From: Eledone cirrhosa
Taxonomy: Eukaryota
Direction of reading: 5' to 3'
DNA length: 64,000 nt
Assembly: GCA_964016885.1 (NCBI GenBank)
Contig: OZ024743.1
Location: 266,476,001 to 266,540,000 of the forward strand
The notes under the pieces were generated by a model. That model saw only the letters and a list, made by a program, of their open reading frames with translations. It searched no databases and was not told where the DNA came from. Numbering within the stretch: position 1 is the first letter of the stretch; each line of letters begins with the position of its first letter. Both the position numbers and the translations under genes were made by a program. Below are positions 25,099 through 39,600 of this stretch, piece by piece.

Positions 25099-25825
25099 GT
25101 GTGTGTGTCTGTGTGTAAGTATTTTACTCATACGGGCGTTTTAAGTGTGCGTGCGTGTACGCAAAATTATGTGTATGTGTGTGTGTATGTGAACACATGT
25201 GTATGCATATGTCTATGTGTGTGTATATATATATCTGTATATATATATATGTGTATGTGTATGCATATGTGTATGTGTGTGTATATATGTATGTGTATGT
25301 ATGTGTGTATATGTGTACGTCTACATATATGTATATGGGTGAATCTGACTGTATGTGTAGGTGAGCTCATATATGTGCATGTATGTGTATATGTGCGTGT
25401 ATGTGTGTGTTGTCGGTACATGTGTGTGTATATATATATATGTGTATATATATATATATATGTGTGAGTATACGTGTGTGCGAGTGTGTATGTGTATATC
25501 TTGCATACATGAGTGTGAGTCCATGTGCCCATACCCATGTGTATGTATGTGTATGTGTATATATGTAAAACAACTTCTACATCGCCTCTCACCTTCCCCC
25601 CATAATCTGTCGTTTGCCACCCCCACCGATACTCCCCCACTCTCCATATTCGTGGCCGCATGCGCGCATACACATACATGTGTGTACATATACATATGGC
25701 TGTGTGTGAGCGTATGCCGATGTGTGTGGGCAAGGATATGCGTATGTGTTTTATGTTGTGTGTGTTTATACAACAATATATGTGCACATATATACATATA
25801 TGTGTGTACGTATACGTATATACAA
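25099..25825. repeat. Compound (TG/TA/CA) low-complexity microsatellite
   Basis: Read directly. Confidence 0.9.
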
Positions 25826-26509
25826 GGTATCTGACAGACGAAGAGCGTCTAACTATGTATCTATGTAAGGACCTGAAGCCACCAATACATCCACCACACC
25901 ACCACAAACGCCGCTACCATAGACAAAGGCACCAATACCACACCCCCACCCATAGGCCAACCCGTCTACTGACAATCCCCTAACCACATACCACAGCCCA
26001 TCCCACTAAATAACCTTAACCACCATATATCATCACATCCACCCCCACATACTCTACACGCCAAGGCCAACCTACCACCACCACACCACAGCGCACCTCA
26101 TCCACAGACCGTCACCAACATCTCACCATCACACCCACCCCCATATACACTACAGACCAGTACATCGCCTTGATCATGCCCACCAATCAAAACAACTCAT
26201 TTTGTCAAACTCTTGAAACTCTGACTTTACCACATAGCATGTATTTCATTTTCTTATAGCATTTTAAGAGGGTCCGTCGAGCTGCCGATTATTGAGTCGG
26301 GTAGGATCAATATAGATCGAACCTTGAGCTGATCAGTGGCGAAACGCGCGTCACCTATCAATAAATGCAATGAAGGAATAATCAATCGTCCTTTTTATCC
26401 TTTCTATATTTTACACTCTGTATAGCTCTACACATCATCACAGAAGTGAACCTAAACATCGAGTGCTCGCCCGGGTGAACCTGCAGCAACTCCTAGTTAC
26501 ACCCACTGG

Positions 26510-26542
<33 letters not shown>

Positions 26543-26616
26543 TACACACACACACATATATATATATATATATGATATTAAATAAATGGAAACTATATTT
26601 ATAAAACCATATTTAT

Positions 26617-26671
26617 TCTATTATACATATTTCAAGGGTACCAAAACTTTGGTACGCTCTCATCAGATAAA
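26617..26671 (-). ncRNA. Type I hammerhead ribozyme motif, intact core
   Basis: TTTAT-CTGATGA-GAGcGTACCAAA gt TTTGGTACcCTT-GAAATA-tg-TATA-ATAGA. Confidence 0.7.
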
Positions 26672-27129
26672 TTTCAAAGTTTTTTTAATAAATATTAACA
26701 TATCCAGGAAGAAGAACTTAACGGTTCAAGTTTTTCCTGGATAGCAGGGAAAGAAGGGAAAGGAGAAAAGTCAAATATTTCAAATTATTAAGGTGAGTAT
26801 GCAAATGAGCTTGAGGTATAGGGCTGAAATAAAACGTTATTTTTAGACGCTAGGTAGATTTAAATAATTATTAGGATATATATATATGTATGTGTAGCAA
26901 GAAGAAAGAGAAAGAAAGAAAAGTTTGTATTTGCATGAATTTAAAAGAATTAACAGTTTATAGGAATGGTGGAATATGATTCCAGAATAAAAAAAATTAT
27001 TTAGCTATATTATGAGTTATAATATTATATATATAATCAATTAGATTATATGAAGAATTATATATATTTGTTGAATTACCAACAAATTAAATATCCCTTT
27101 TGCTTTTATATATATATATATATATATAT

Positions 27130-28545
27130 AGTAGTGAAAGAGTGAAGAATAACATGGCCGGCTGTACAAAAAATATTAACAATTGTTTCATTGAACAGGT
27201 GAGTCTAAAGGCCGCTAATCACTCGAAGTTACGTCACTCGACCTTAAATACAGTGTGTGTATCTGATCAAATCACCAGAATACTGGAGGGTTTAACACAT
27301 GGCATTGGTATTTATAGATAAATCGGAGAATCAAAACAATAGTATTAATACCAAAAGATAATAAAAGATAATAATAAAGAAGTTAGAATGAAGATGATAA
27401 AGATGTAAAAAAAATAAGTAAAAAATAAGTACAGAATACGATTGCTGATAATAGTAGTAGTGGTGATGGTAGTTGAAGTTACTGTGTAATGTAGTGATGA
27501 CGGTAGAGATAACAATAACAGGAAAAGGAACATTAAATACATATTTAGTGATCAAATCCCAGAGGATTCGAAATAAAAAATAATAAGAAATAACAGTTAA
27601 AAGATAAAAAAACAATAAACAAAAATTAAGTGAGAGGGGAATAGATAAGGGACAGGAAACAAAGAGTGGGGATGAGGATACGATGATGAGACATAATGGG
27701 TAGGGCTAAGGCCAGGGAAGGAGTAGATAGATAGAGAATAAAATGTGAAAGGTGCAGTGATTATATACGGGTGGTTAATGTCTGGCAGATTGATTGTTTT
27801 ATCTTAATCGAGGTGATGTGGCTATAAGGAAAGAAAGTGAAAGAAAGGTTGGGAGATTTATGATGTTGATTTAATTACCAGTTGGTCAGTTTACAGCTAA
27901 TAAGTGGGGTGGTGTGTAGCTACTACATTAAAACCCGGGTGGTTCTGCTTGACTTCTGTGATTGCTGGATTGAATCATGCCGGTTTGAAGTTAGAGAACT
28001 TGGTGGCTGCTTTTTGCCTACAGAAAATTGATCGTTCTATTTTTTTGTTAAGCAGTATTTTATCATACTTTAAAATAAGGAGAAGCTCCATATTGCAAAG
28101 TTCGCAGTGGGACATTCCATTATTGTAGGCCCTTGTTCTCGATAATTTCGATCAGCTAATCCCAAATTCCTGGTTGGTGTCCTTATGTTGCCAGATTTTA
28201 TTGGCCAGCGTTGTTGAGCCCTCTAGTCTAGGGTTTTTCATAGAATGTCTATGTACATACCATCTTTTCTTGAATTCCCCAGCCGTAGAATCTATGTTGT
28301 GCCATGCTAAGTTGCCCGATTTGATAGTACTCAGGTACACTATACTTGATTCCAGTCATCTATTTTGTAGTGGACATTTATCCGGCAGGTGGCAGATACA
28401 ATTGGAGGCCTTCCTGTGTGCAGGTTCTCCGTTGTGGTTTTATATGTTGGCAGGGATCGGCTGAGATTTAGGTTTATTGATGTTTTGTTGCGATGCGCCC
28501 TGACGTGCGTGTGTTTGCATTTTGTAAACACATAACATCATCACA
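27130..28545 (-). mobile_element. Penelope-like element 3' remnant (GIY-YIG region + pseudo-LTR); a probable inverted pLTR piece follows at ~28550-28720
   Basis: STAGEFKKRWYVH...STTLANKIW and CELC...LLNKK...CRQK. 28585-28673 matches 24335-24427. Confidence 0.68.
27173..27283 (-). ncRNA. Type I hammerhead ribozyme motif (core variant), homologous to 24169-24279
   Basis: GTATT-CTGGTGA...GAAAC-AATT-GTT-AATAT. Confidence 0.5.
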
Positions 28546-28780
28546 ACCACACAAAATAGAACGATCAACTCACACTTTCACTACTATTACTCCAAGAATA
28601 ACCTGCCTAAGAATTCTCGTGAACTCGTTACCTAACTATGGAAACCTCTTTGAGTCAAACAACGCCGTACGTTAAAACTATACATAGTACAGAGTACTCA
28701 CTGCCTCGAACTGGATAACCTAAAAAGATAACTTGTTCTCACACACATTTATATATAAGTTATTAACTCTGCCTTTTATT

Positions 28781-28977
<197 letters not shown>

Positions 28978-29341
28978 CGGTTTCAACACACGATTTCAGA
29001 TAAAGAATCTTGCTAAACAAATTCAGAAACGATATATATATATATATATATATATATCAAGAAAACGAGAAACGAACAAATAAGATGTTGCATTAACATA
29101 AGGTCGTATTAGATTCACGCTCAACAAAAAGAGTCTCACATACACAACTTACGTATAGAGCATTTCACTTTATCAAAAAAAAAACACCGTTCAAAGTATA
29201 GAAAATGCAGAATACAAAGGAAAAATGTAAATAAAAAATTAATAAAATTAGAAAGACAATAAAAAGGTGTGCGGAAGGAAGAGTAGTGATGGGAATCGAA
29301 ATCAACCGTGGGGTTGTGATTTCGATTTCCATTACTACTCT

Positions 29342-29816
<475 letters not shown>

Positions 29817-29960
29817 TAAAGTAACTGTTATTTTAATAAATATTTGCTCTACGGTTCTTATATATTTTATATATATTTATCCTTATCGAGCCCTCTTTGA
29901 ATTTTAGTCTTCAAATTTATTATTATTACTATATATATATATATATATATATAAATATAT

Positions 29961-32270
29961 ATATTGTTATACTTTGGGAGGGTCATGTTGCCAGTAAGAT
30001 ACTCACGCACCAGCTGCTTTCACTTCAATTTATTATAATAAATTTATAAATTTAGGAATTTATAAATTTCCGGTTGGTTGGTTGATTCCACAACCAGATG
30101 CTTGTCAAAGTTCTTTCGTCACACATTCTGAGACCTCTTCAGTGACTGGGGATTCTTTTCTTTGTTTTTTGTTTTTTGTGCCTCTCCTTTGTTCTGTCCT
30201 ACGCCATCTTGTTTTTGTGTGAGTGTTGTGTGCTTAGTTTGCCTATGTGTTACATCCGGGTGTCTGTGTGTGTTTATATTCGTTTATTTATTTGTTTATT
30301 TACATGTTACTGGTTGATTGTTTGTTCTATGTGCGTGTGTGTTTTCATTTTGTCCTTAATTGTAAGTTGTGATGTTGCTGTTCCACTCATGTTTTCTATT
30401 TAATTTTGTTTGTAATTCATTTATGTTTATTGCCTCTGTGATTTGTCTAAACATTGCGTCTTTTCTGTGTGTAGATTCTATTTTTATTTCTATGTTCTCT
30501 AATTTACCCTTATGTTCTATTTTAGCATGTTGGTAGAGTACAGATGATTCTTTACTATCTTGAAAGTCTCGTCAGTGTTCATTTATCCGTTCCACTATAC
30601 TGCGAGTTGTCTCACCTATGTACACTATATTTTTATCTCTACATTGTCCTTCAGTACAACTTATGCTATATACTAAATTTCTAGTTTTACAGTTAATATG
30701 GGGGCTTAATTTACAGATTATACATTTCTTATCTATACAGGGAGGTCTTTGAAAAGGGTATGTCTTGCTAATAACTGTTTTTATGGAGGTACCTGGTCTT
30801 TCTACTATCTTAATATTGAGTTTATGTTTATCTAGGGCCATTCTAAATGTGTAAGCTAATTCACCTCTAGGGGTTTTATCGATGAACATCACACTCTGGT
30901 ATTTATTGCTATCATACCATGAGTTTATTCCATTAGCCTTATTCCTAGTTCTTTCTATTCTATTCCAAAATTTGCTCCTATACAAGGGGCAGGTCCCATT
31001 TGTATCATTATTTACCATTTTTTCCCATTTGGTTCTGGGTCCTCTATACACTCTGATTTTATTTCTCTGATTGTAACCAGAGAACTGTGAATGAAGTGTT
31101 GTATGTGTCTCTCTAGTTCTTCGGGGTTGCACATGCGGGACACGTTTCTCATCACCCGTACCAAATCCGCAATCAGTATGTTGATTTTTGTATGGTCCGA
31201 AACAGCTGAGTTTCGGTGGATCAGATATTTGGAAGTCATGGATTTGGCATAATGGGAATGGAGGATTTGTTTTTTGTTATTAATGGTATCTAACCAGAGC
31301 TCTGTGTCTAGTACAGGTAATCGATGGTTGGGGTGTTTGCTTGGGTAGTCTATAGTAACTCTAATACTCTGGTGGATGGAGTTAGCTATTTGCTGGATGC
31401 TTTCCATTGGGTTTTTCTCTAATTCCTGACTGTTCTCTAGTGGGTTGTGTTAACTACGATGTTTATATCATCAACGTAGCGGGAGTACATTATCAGGGTT
31501 AAGAGGTCTTCTAATTGTTCTTTAATTTTAAGTTTAAGTCTACTGTTCCACCATACCATCAATAGGCTGCTCCCTCCTCTTGGGCATATGTTTTTCCATT
31601 AAATTTGAACATATGTTCCTTAAGGTTTAATTTTATGCTGGCTCCCACCGCATGTGCAATCATTTTCTTTAGTTCATCGTGGTTTTCGGGGGTCCGTATG
31701 ACTCTGGTCCACCTGTTCCATCTATCTGTGTGGGTTTTCTTGGCCATTGAGGTAATGGTAGGTGGTCTGCCTCTCGCTGGTCTTGTAGGGCACAGGTTGC
31801 TAAGGTCATATGTGTCTAGATAATTATTACTGTAGGTAAGTTTAAGTAGGAGTCCCAGCTCACTGGTATCAATCCCACGGAATTCAACATTGTTCTCACT
31901 GATTATTTCTACGCATTTCTCCACAGCAAAATCCGCGTCAATAAATGGATACAGGGACACAACATCCATACTACCTATTATGCAGTTTGTTAGGTCCCTA
32001 GATCGGTTACTCTCGCTGATTCTGCTGAGGAGGTCCTCCGTGCTGTCACATACATCTGGGGACATTTCAATGATGGGGCGTATGATCAGGGAGAGGAAGT
32101 AAGACAGTCTTTAGTTACTAGCAATGTTAGCTCCACAGACTGGCCGTGTTGGTGGTCCTGTGACAGGGTCACTGCTCGTTCGTTTTATGGTCTTTTCGAA
32201 GCCCATACAACGCTGGCACGTCATTGTTCCAGGCCTGGAAGTTGTTGGAAGTCCTAGTTGTTGGCAGTGA
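29961..32270 (-). mobile_element. Penelope-like element, 5'-truncated and decayed (RT + GIY-YIG + pseudo-LTR)
   Basis: SMDVVSLYP (ORF 31559-32065), RYVDD near 31470, LPVLD (31012-31407) and LVYSISC...YIGETTRSIVERINEH (30572-31132). Confidence 0.88.
30104..30146 (-). ncRNA. Minimal type I hammerhead motif in the PLE pseudo-LTR
   Basis: GTCA-CTGAAGA-gGTCtCA gaatg TGtGAC-GAAAG-aa-CTT-TGAC. Confidence 0.6.
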
Positions 32271-32955
32271 CTAGCTGTTAGATATTATACGACATCCAGT
32301 TTAATACGACAACCTGGTTGCAGTTATCTGCTTTGAGGATAACTCGATATCCTGTCGTGCTTCTGTTCTCCTCTAATAGAGAAAATTATGAAACGAAGTT
32401 TCCATTGCTTCCAAAATGCTCTCTTTGAAATATATTGATCGCTGCTCTATCTGCTCTGGTTGGCCCATTACAAAACACCCTTTAAAGTTTGACCAGCAGT
32501 AAATCAGGGGAAATATCTAATCGAAAAAACCCAAGTTGAAAAAATAGCTAAAATCAAAGTTACTTATTTTTAAATTAATATACTTATAATAAATATAATA
32601 ATTATTTTTTATCACTTATTCCATATGGAGAAGCTGTGTGAATGATCTTATTTAGGGTCGGGCTCCGAGGGTGATAAGAAGGATTGCGGTTGGTATTTTT
32701 GAAAAGTGAGACATGGACCATGTGCTTGCGATAGAATGGAATCCGCTTAATCGCTTAGTGCCCATGTGATAGTGTTGGCTTACTTAACTCTCTTATTTCA
32801 GAGATAACCAGCATAAATACTACAAGATACGAACTATACTGCTAGACCAGCACGTTAGGCTAGTTATGTTTGTGACTCCCTGGAAAAATGAAAGTAAAAT
32901 TTGACCACGGCAAGATTTGAAATTAGAACGCAAAAAGTTGGAATAAATACTGCAA

Positions 32956-32956
<1 letters not shown>

Positions 32957-33046
<90 letters not shown>
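32957..33046. repeat. (CA)n microsatellite
   Basis: Read directly. Other long tracts: (TA)n at ~17725-17800, 18716-18785, 28783-28911, 29343-29416 and 29705-29812; (GT)n at 36084-36169. Confidence 0.95.
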
Positions 33047-33049
<3 letters not shown>

Positions 33050-33588
33050 TATAGAAAATTATACAAAACATTAATAAATAAAATATACGGCTAAAAACTG
33101 TTACTCCACATTTCTATATTTAGTTGACGGATGTCTAACCTATTCTTTTAATATGATAATTCTATTTCTCCTGTGAGCCAGTATTTACTTGATTTAATTA
33201 ATTCAATAATTTAATTAATTCATTAAACTGATGTAATTAATTCCATTGACAGACGCTATTAATCAATGTACAGCATTATGGGACAGAAAGCAGTTTCCGG
33301 TTTATGGAAATTCATTTCCATTTTCTTTTTGCTTGTTTGTTTGTTCAACTTCCAACAAAGTGTCCGTTTTATCATTGAAATCAAAATACATTAGCCACTA
33401 CTTCAATAATTTCATCAGCTCGAAAGTGTCCATCGCTTATCTTCCGTGGCATACTTTTTGATTAAATGGTCGAGAAGTTATGACAATGGTATGTCACTCT
33501 ATGAAACCGAATTCAGTTATAGCATTTCACTGAATTTTGCATTCTCTTAGCATTACGAAATATGATATACTATACTATAATATAATAT

Positions 33589-33761
33589 AATTGTTTCTAT
33601 TTTGGGTACAACTGCATTACTGGTGCTTTATTTTATCAACCCCGTATGGAAGAATAGCAAAGCTAACTTCGGTGGGATTTGAACTAAGACCGTAAAGGGC
33701 CGTAAATAAATGCTGAAAAGCATGACGTCCGACCTCTACAGATACTGCCAATCCACCGCCC
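33589..33761 (-). mobile_element. tRNA-derived SINE (17138 family)
   Basis: Reverse complement of the family consensus, in (TATAA)n. Confidence 0.8.
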
Positions 33762-33781
33762 TATAATATAATATAATATAA

Positions 33782-34598
33782 CTAGCAGCTGAGCCCGGTT
33801 GCACCCGGGGCCACTTTTTATTAAGTTAATAATTTGAAAAATATTATTGAAAGTTTACTATAAAGAAGCAGTTTCAGGGGAAAAAATAGAAATATGCACT
33901 TGGGGCTGGACGGCGTACAATGAGAAGTGGAGCGACGTGAAAAGCGTTGTTTATTAACAGCGAAATAGCAATGTCGATGTTATGCAATTTGAAAAATACT
34001 ACTTACTGTTAGTGGTGGTTATCATGTATTAGAATTAAAATAAAAACACGCGTCCCTTCTTCGCAATTTAAGGGTTTTATTTCTTTTGATGGAAAACAGT
34101 GACCGTACTGCAGAATCGATTTCATAAAACGGTACTGTGAAAATGAAACGTACTGTAGAAGGCAACAGTTTATTAATCTGAATTTTCAAACTTGCATATC
34201 ATCGACATTGCTATTTCGCTGTTACTAAACAACGCTTTTCACGTCGCTCCACTTCTCATTGTACGCCGTCCAGACCCAAGTGCATATTTCTACAAATTAT
34301 TGGTACTGTATGTTACAGCGAAAGAACGTTGATGAGTTTAAAAATGTGTATGAAATTGTAAATAACTCATCCAACTATTAGAACAGGGGGAAATAACTCA
34401 CCGAAAGCGATAGTAAATAGACAGTTTAGGGGACCTAGGGACCACATTTTTCAAGAGATTTGAAACCTCGCCTATTTGCTTCCTTGGCACTTTTTACATA
34501 GGTGTGTAAATGTTCATGTCCGTCCGACCACATCTACTACCATTTAACCGTGCACATCTGAATTTCAATCACCACTCATTTCACAAATATATATTAGA
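33782..34598 (-). mobile_element. Non-autonomous Helitron
   Basis: On the minus strand: A|TCTAATATAT... start, CCCGG-gtgcaa-CCGGG hairpin shortly before a CTAG|T end, and no TSD. Confidence 0.82.
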
Positions 34599-34606
34599 TA
34601 TAATAT

Positions 34607-34979
34607 AATTGTTTCTACTTTTGGCACAAGGCCAACAATTATCCCAGTGCATTACTGGTACTTTATTTTATCGACCCCTTAAGGATGAAAGGCAAAGTTA
34701 ACCTCGGCGGGATTTGAACTCAGAGGGCAAAGCATCGCGTCCGACCCTCCACCGATACTGCCAATCCACTACCCTTATAATATGAAATAATATAATTGTT
34801 TCTACGTTAGGCACAAGGCCCAGTGTATTACCCAGTGTATTACTGATACTTTATTTTATCGACCCCGTAAGGATGAAAGGCAAAGTTAACCTCGCCAGGA
34901 TTTGGACTCAGCATGGTAAGGGCCGTAACTCTATGCGTCAAAGCATGGCGTCCGACCTATACTGCCAATCCACCGCCCT
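34607..34979 (-). mobile_element. Two tandem SINE copies (34607-34774 and 34793-34979)
   Basis: 17138 family. Each is followed on the + strand by TAATATGAAATAATATAAT. Confidence 0.85.
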
Positions 34980-36082
34980 TAATATGAAATAATATAATAT
35001 AATATAATATGTATATATGTAACGAATATCCTTGTAGACATTTTGGCCCTCTGCAGTTGCATCTCCTCTCCTAGTGAAAATAGAGACGATTTCTTACAGA
35101 GAATGGGGAGAGTGATAGAGAAGAAGCGAGAAAGAAATATAGAGGAAAAATAGACACCAGCACAGAAATGATTTCTGTCAACCTCAAATTGATGAAAGAC
35201 AAACTTGACTTCGGCAAGATATGATCATTGAGGACAAAGTGAAAACAAAGAAAAAAAAATGAAAAAACACCGCAAAGTATCATATCTAACGACTCTGTCA
35301 ATTTGCCCTGTAATATATAATGTAATATAATATAATATATATCTCATCTCATTTGGTCTCCCAAAATCTGGGAAATACACCTATAATAAATGGCGTAGTA
35401 CGCCAACACTTCCTATTGTCGATAGTCTTTAATGAAGCCAGTGTATTTTCTAAGTATGCTAATGTATCTGCACCATTATTCCCCGGGTCATTGCACTAGG
35501 CGGGAGGCTATTTCTTCAAGGTGTCTCATATAGTGGTATATCAATTGCAAACTTTAAGATTAAGTTAATTTTGATTAACCATCACACAATTTTACATTGG
35601 GAAGGTGGCTTTTGAAGTGATATTAAGAATATCCTTAACTCACAGGATAATATCTCGTCTAGCTGATTTTCAAAGTGTTGTGACACTCCATACTTTGTAC
35701 TATAAAATAAAATAGATTCAACCGTTACTACTAAAAAGAAGTCTGATCGTAATACAGTAGGGAATGCGAAATATTTGATCATTTATTACATATTTGCCGA
35801 GTGATCAGCGTTCTTATCTTGATATCATTTCCTAAGCTAACTTTCCAAGCCCGAAGGTATTTGAATTTTCAACGTTTACTTGTTATTTAGATAATCTGAG
35901 GGTGGCGGACGAACGATGGAACTATATAAGCTCTATTTTTTTAATTATTGATGAAGTGACCAACTTTCACAGTTCTTTCTTCCCTTTTTATCATTTAGAG
36001 ACATACATATCTATACATATATACATACACACAGACACATACACAAACACACACACACATACACACACGCATATCTATGTAT

Positions 36083-36156
<74 letters not shown>

Positions 36157-36556
36157 GTGTCTGTGTGTGTAAGTGATTATAATGGAATATTCCACTATAA
36201 ATTTTGTTAAGGTGAAAAATAGTCAAGGCGCGCTTAAAAATTCAGCATGTAAGGAATTCAAAACTATCGAAGTAGTCTTCATGAGGTTAAAGATACAGCT
36301 GTTGAGGACAGTGAGTGTTAAAAGTGAAAAGAACTAAGTATTTTAATTTTAATCCATCTTTAATATCTACGATTGTTTCTATACAGTTGATAAGCTTACA
36401 TTAATATGCAAACAACGAATCAATCCATTATAATTAATTAATTACGCAATACTAAAAGTATCAGCATATCATCAGGATTATTAAGAGGGATTCAATTTAA
36501 GAAAAAAAAAATACATATCAAGAACATTGGTATTATTAACTAAATTCTTCTTCTTC

Positions 36557-36637
<81 letters not shown>
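36557..36637 (+). repeat. (TTA)27 tract opening the right array, preceded by (TTC)4
   Basis: Read directly. Confidence 0.97.
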
Positions 36638-36638
<1 letters not shown>

Positions 36639-39600
36639 AGTTGCATTTATCTTGCTTTATGTTCATACGAGTTATCACCAAGTCACAACCAGTGACCTCA
36701 AGAGACAACAAGGTCCGCCATGTTCAAGAAAGAACATACATACTCACACATGCATCTTTAGTGTTTAGACTTGTGATGTACTTATATTGACAGAATCTTC
36801 CTTAGTATATGGGCAGTTCCCATTAGTACTATCTTTTGTATTTCTCCTATACGCGGGTTTCCTGGGATTTGCGATAAGTAATCATTAGACCCCTTAGGTA
36901 TCATTCCCAGAGCGCCTACAACCACTGGTATTGTTTTAGTTCTCAATTTCCACATTTTTCCAATTTCTATCTCCAGGTCCTTATACTTGCTCAATTTTTC
37001 AAATGTTTTTATAGATACATTCTTGCCTATTGGAACAGACATATCAATTAGCAGGCATACCCTCTTTTTAAAGTCCTTCAATATTATATCAGGTCTATTT
37101 GCATCTATTTTTCGGTCTATTTGGATGCTAAAGTTCCACAAGATTGAGATGTGATATTTTTCAAGTAGGGGATGTGGTTGATGCTCCCACCAATTCTTTT
37201 GATGGGGCAGGTCAAAATGCTTACACATTATCCAATGTATGTATTGTGCAGCTCTGTCATGCCTGTTTAGGTATTCGGTTGGAGCTATAGGACTGCACAT
37301 TGAAATTATATGGTCAATGGTCTCTGGTTGTTTTTTGCATACACGGCATAATGGGCTGCATCCATTTTTTTTATTATGTTGGCTTGGTAATTTTTTGTTG
37401 GCAGACACTGATCTTGTGCTGATATAATCAGTCCTTCAGTCTCCGATTTCAGTCCAGAGGATGCCAACCACTGATGGGTTAAAGTTTTGTCAACATCAGG
37501 ATTGTTAGCTCGCTCTGGGTATTTTCCATACAGAGGCTTTTCTTGCCATTTCTTAGCCAGTTTCTGTAGCAGTTCTTTCTTTGCAGTTACTTTTACCTGC
37601 TTTGCTTTTTCTGTGTTTTCCATTTCAGCAGTAAATGGGACTTCTGAAATTTGTAGTCCATTACTGTATCTTTGTGCATCTTTTGTAATGGAATATGATC
37701 TTTTGATGCTTTCGTGTTTCAAAAGAAGTTTGATCATCCAATCATGTGATTCCCTTAGATATGTAGATAATCCAATTGTTGCAGTTTTCAACGCAATGTC
37801 TAACTGGATTAACCCACGTCCTCCTTCTTTCCTAGGGAGATATATTCTATCTATATCTGCCTTAGGGTGATGCATTCTGTGCATGGTTAAGAATTTTCGA
37901 ATTTTTGTATCGAGCCTACGGATCTCTGTGCTTGACCAGTTGATGACATTGTAACTGTAGGTTACTACTGGTATGGCAAGCGTGTTTATGGCATCGATCC
38001 TATTCCTTGCATTCAATTCCGTTCTTAAGATTGCTCTTACTCTGCGGTAACATTCCTTCCTTATCCTTTCCCTCATTGTCGAGTGCTTGATTCCGTCTCC
38101 TTCACAAACACCTAGATATTTGTAAGTTTTTCCTTGATCAAGTTCTCTTATCACGTTCCCCCGATCAAGATTAATGTCTGAACTCTTCAGCAGCTTTCCT
38201 CTGGTGAACGTTGCTTTGGCGCATTTATCTAGTCCAAACTCCATTTAAATGTCATCACTGAACTGCTCCACAGTGGATAATAACCCTTGCAATTGTTCAT
38301 CATTTTTTGCAAATAGTTTCAGGTCATCCATGTAGAACAAGTGATTAATGGTTTTGTCATAGACTTTATATCCATGTTTTGTTTCATTGAGCAATTTACT
38401 TAATGGTATAAGCGCGATGCAGAATAAAAGCGGTGATAAAGAGTCACCCTGAAAAATTCTACAATTAATATTAACTTCTCCAGCTTCCAGTGATTTTGTT
38501 TCACTATTCAAAAGGAGTGTCGTTTTCCATGTCTTCATACTGAATGACAAAAACCTCCTGACAACGGGGGATATTTTGAAAATCTCTAAACATTTTTCAA
38601 TCCAACTGTGTCGAATGCTTTTTTATAATCTATCCAAGCAATCGATAGATTTTTGTGTCTATTATGACAATCTTCCAGTATCATTTTGTTAACCAGACGC
38701 TGATCCTTACAGCCATATGAGCCTCGTTTACACCCTTTCTGCTCAATGGGAAATAGGTCATTTGTTATCAGGTGGTCATATGTGTAGTCAGTTAGGACTG
38801 ATGTTAAAATGTTATACATTGTGGTGAAGCAAGTTATCGGTCTGTAATTTTTGGGATTGTTTGTCTCATCATTCTTCGGAAGCAGGAATGTAATGCCGTT
38901 AACTAGCCATGATGGTATCTTTTCTGGCTCCTTAACTATTTCATTGTAAAGTTGGGCTAACAGCTCATGAGACTCTGTGAAGGCATTTATCCAAAAGTTT
39001 TGTATTTTGTCTTTTCCTGGGGATTTCTATTTGCTGGTTTTTCTTAGAGCCAAGCGCAACTGTTCAACTGTTATATTTTCCCATATTTGTTCCTCAAGGT
39101 GAGCTGTATTTTTCATTTGTCTGTCTATCCATGGGGCATGTATGTTATGAACTTTTTCTTCGGCCCAGATCTTTTCCAAGAATTCTTGCACTTCCTCCTT
39201 GGGTGGTATTGATTTAGCAGTTATTGTTGACTTACCAATTTTTCTGTAGAAGTTTCTTTGGTTGTTTTTGAACATATTATTGTCCTTATAGAATCTAGAT
39301 CGTTTTTCAAAGCGCCTTATACGAGCAGCTTTGGCCGACACTTTTTGCTTGATTATTTCTATCAGCATGTCTATGTCACTTGTTGATTTTATACTGTACC
39401 TTTTTTTCAATTTTCTAAGTTTAGTTTGTTTAACATGTTCACATACTTTATAGTTTGTTAAAATTTCTATGTCAGATCGGAGAAGGTTTATTTGGCGATT
39501 GATGTTCTCTTGCCAAGTACATTTCTTGTGGGAATTCCTTTGTTTTTTCATCTTCACTCCACATAAGTGAGTGGTGACTTTAGCCGATGCATAATAGAGA

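Noticed and set aside
26325-26360. CTGATCA-GTGGC-GAAACGCGCGTC hammerhead-like string
   Set aside because: Stem III is typical, but the core and stems I and II do not fit. At best a decayed remnant.
35095-35225. Purine-rich stretch after TTACAG as a possible host exon
   Set aside because: Short, with no recognisable protein and no partner exons.
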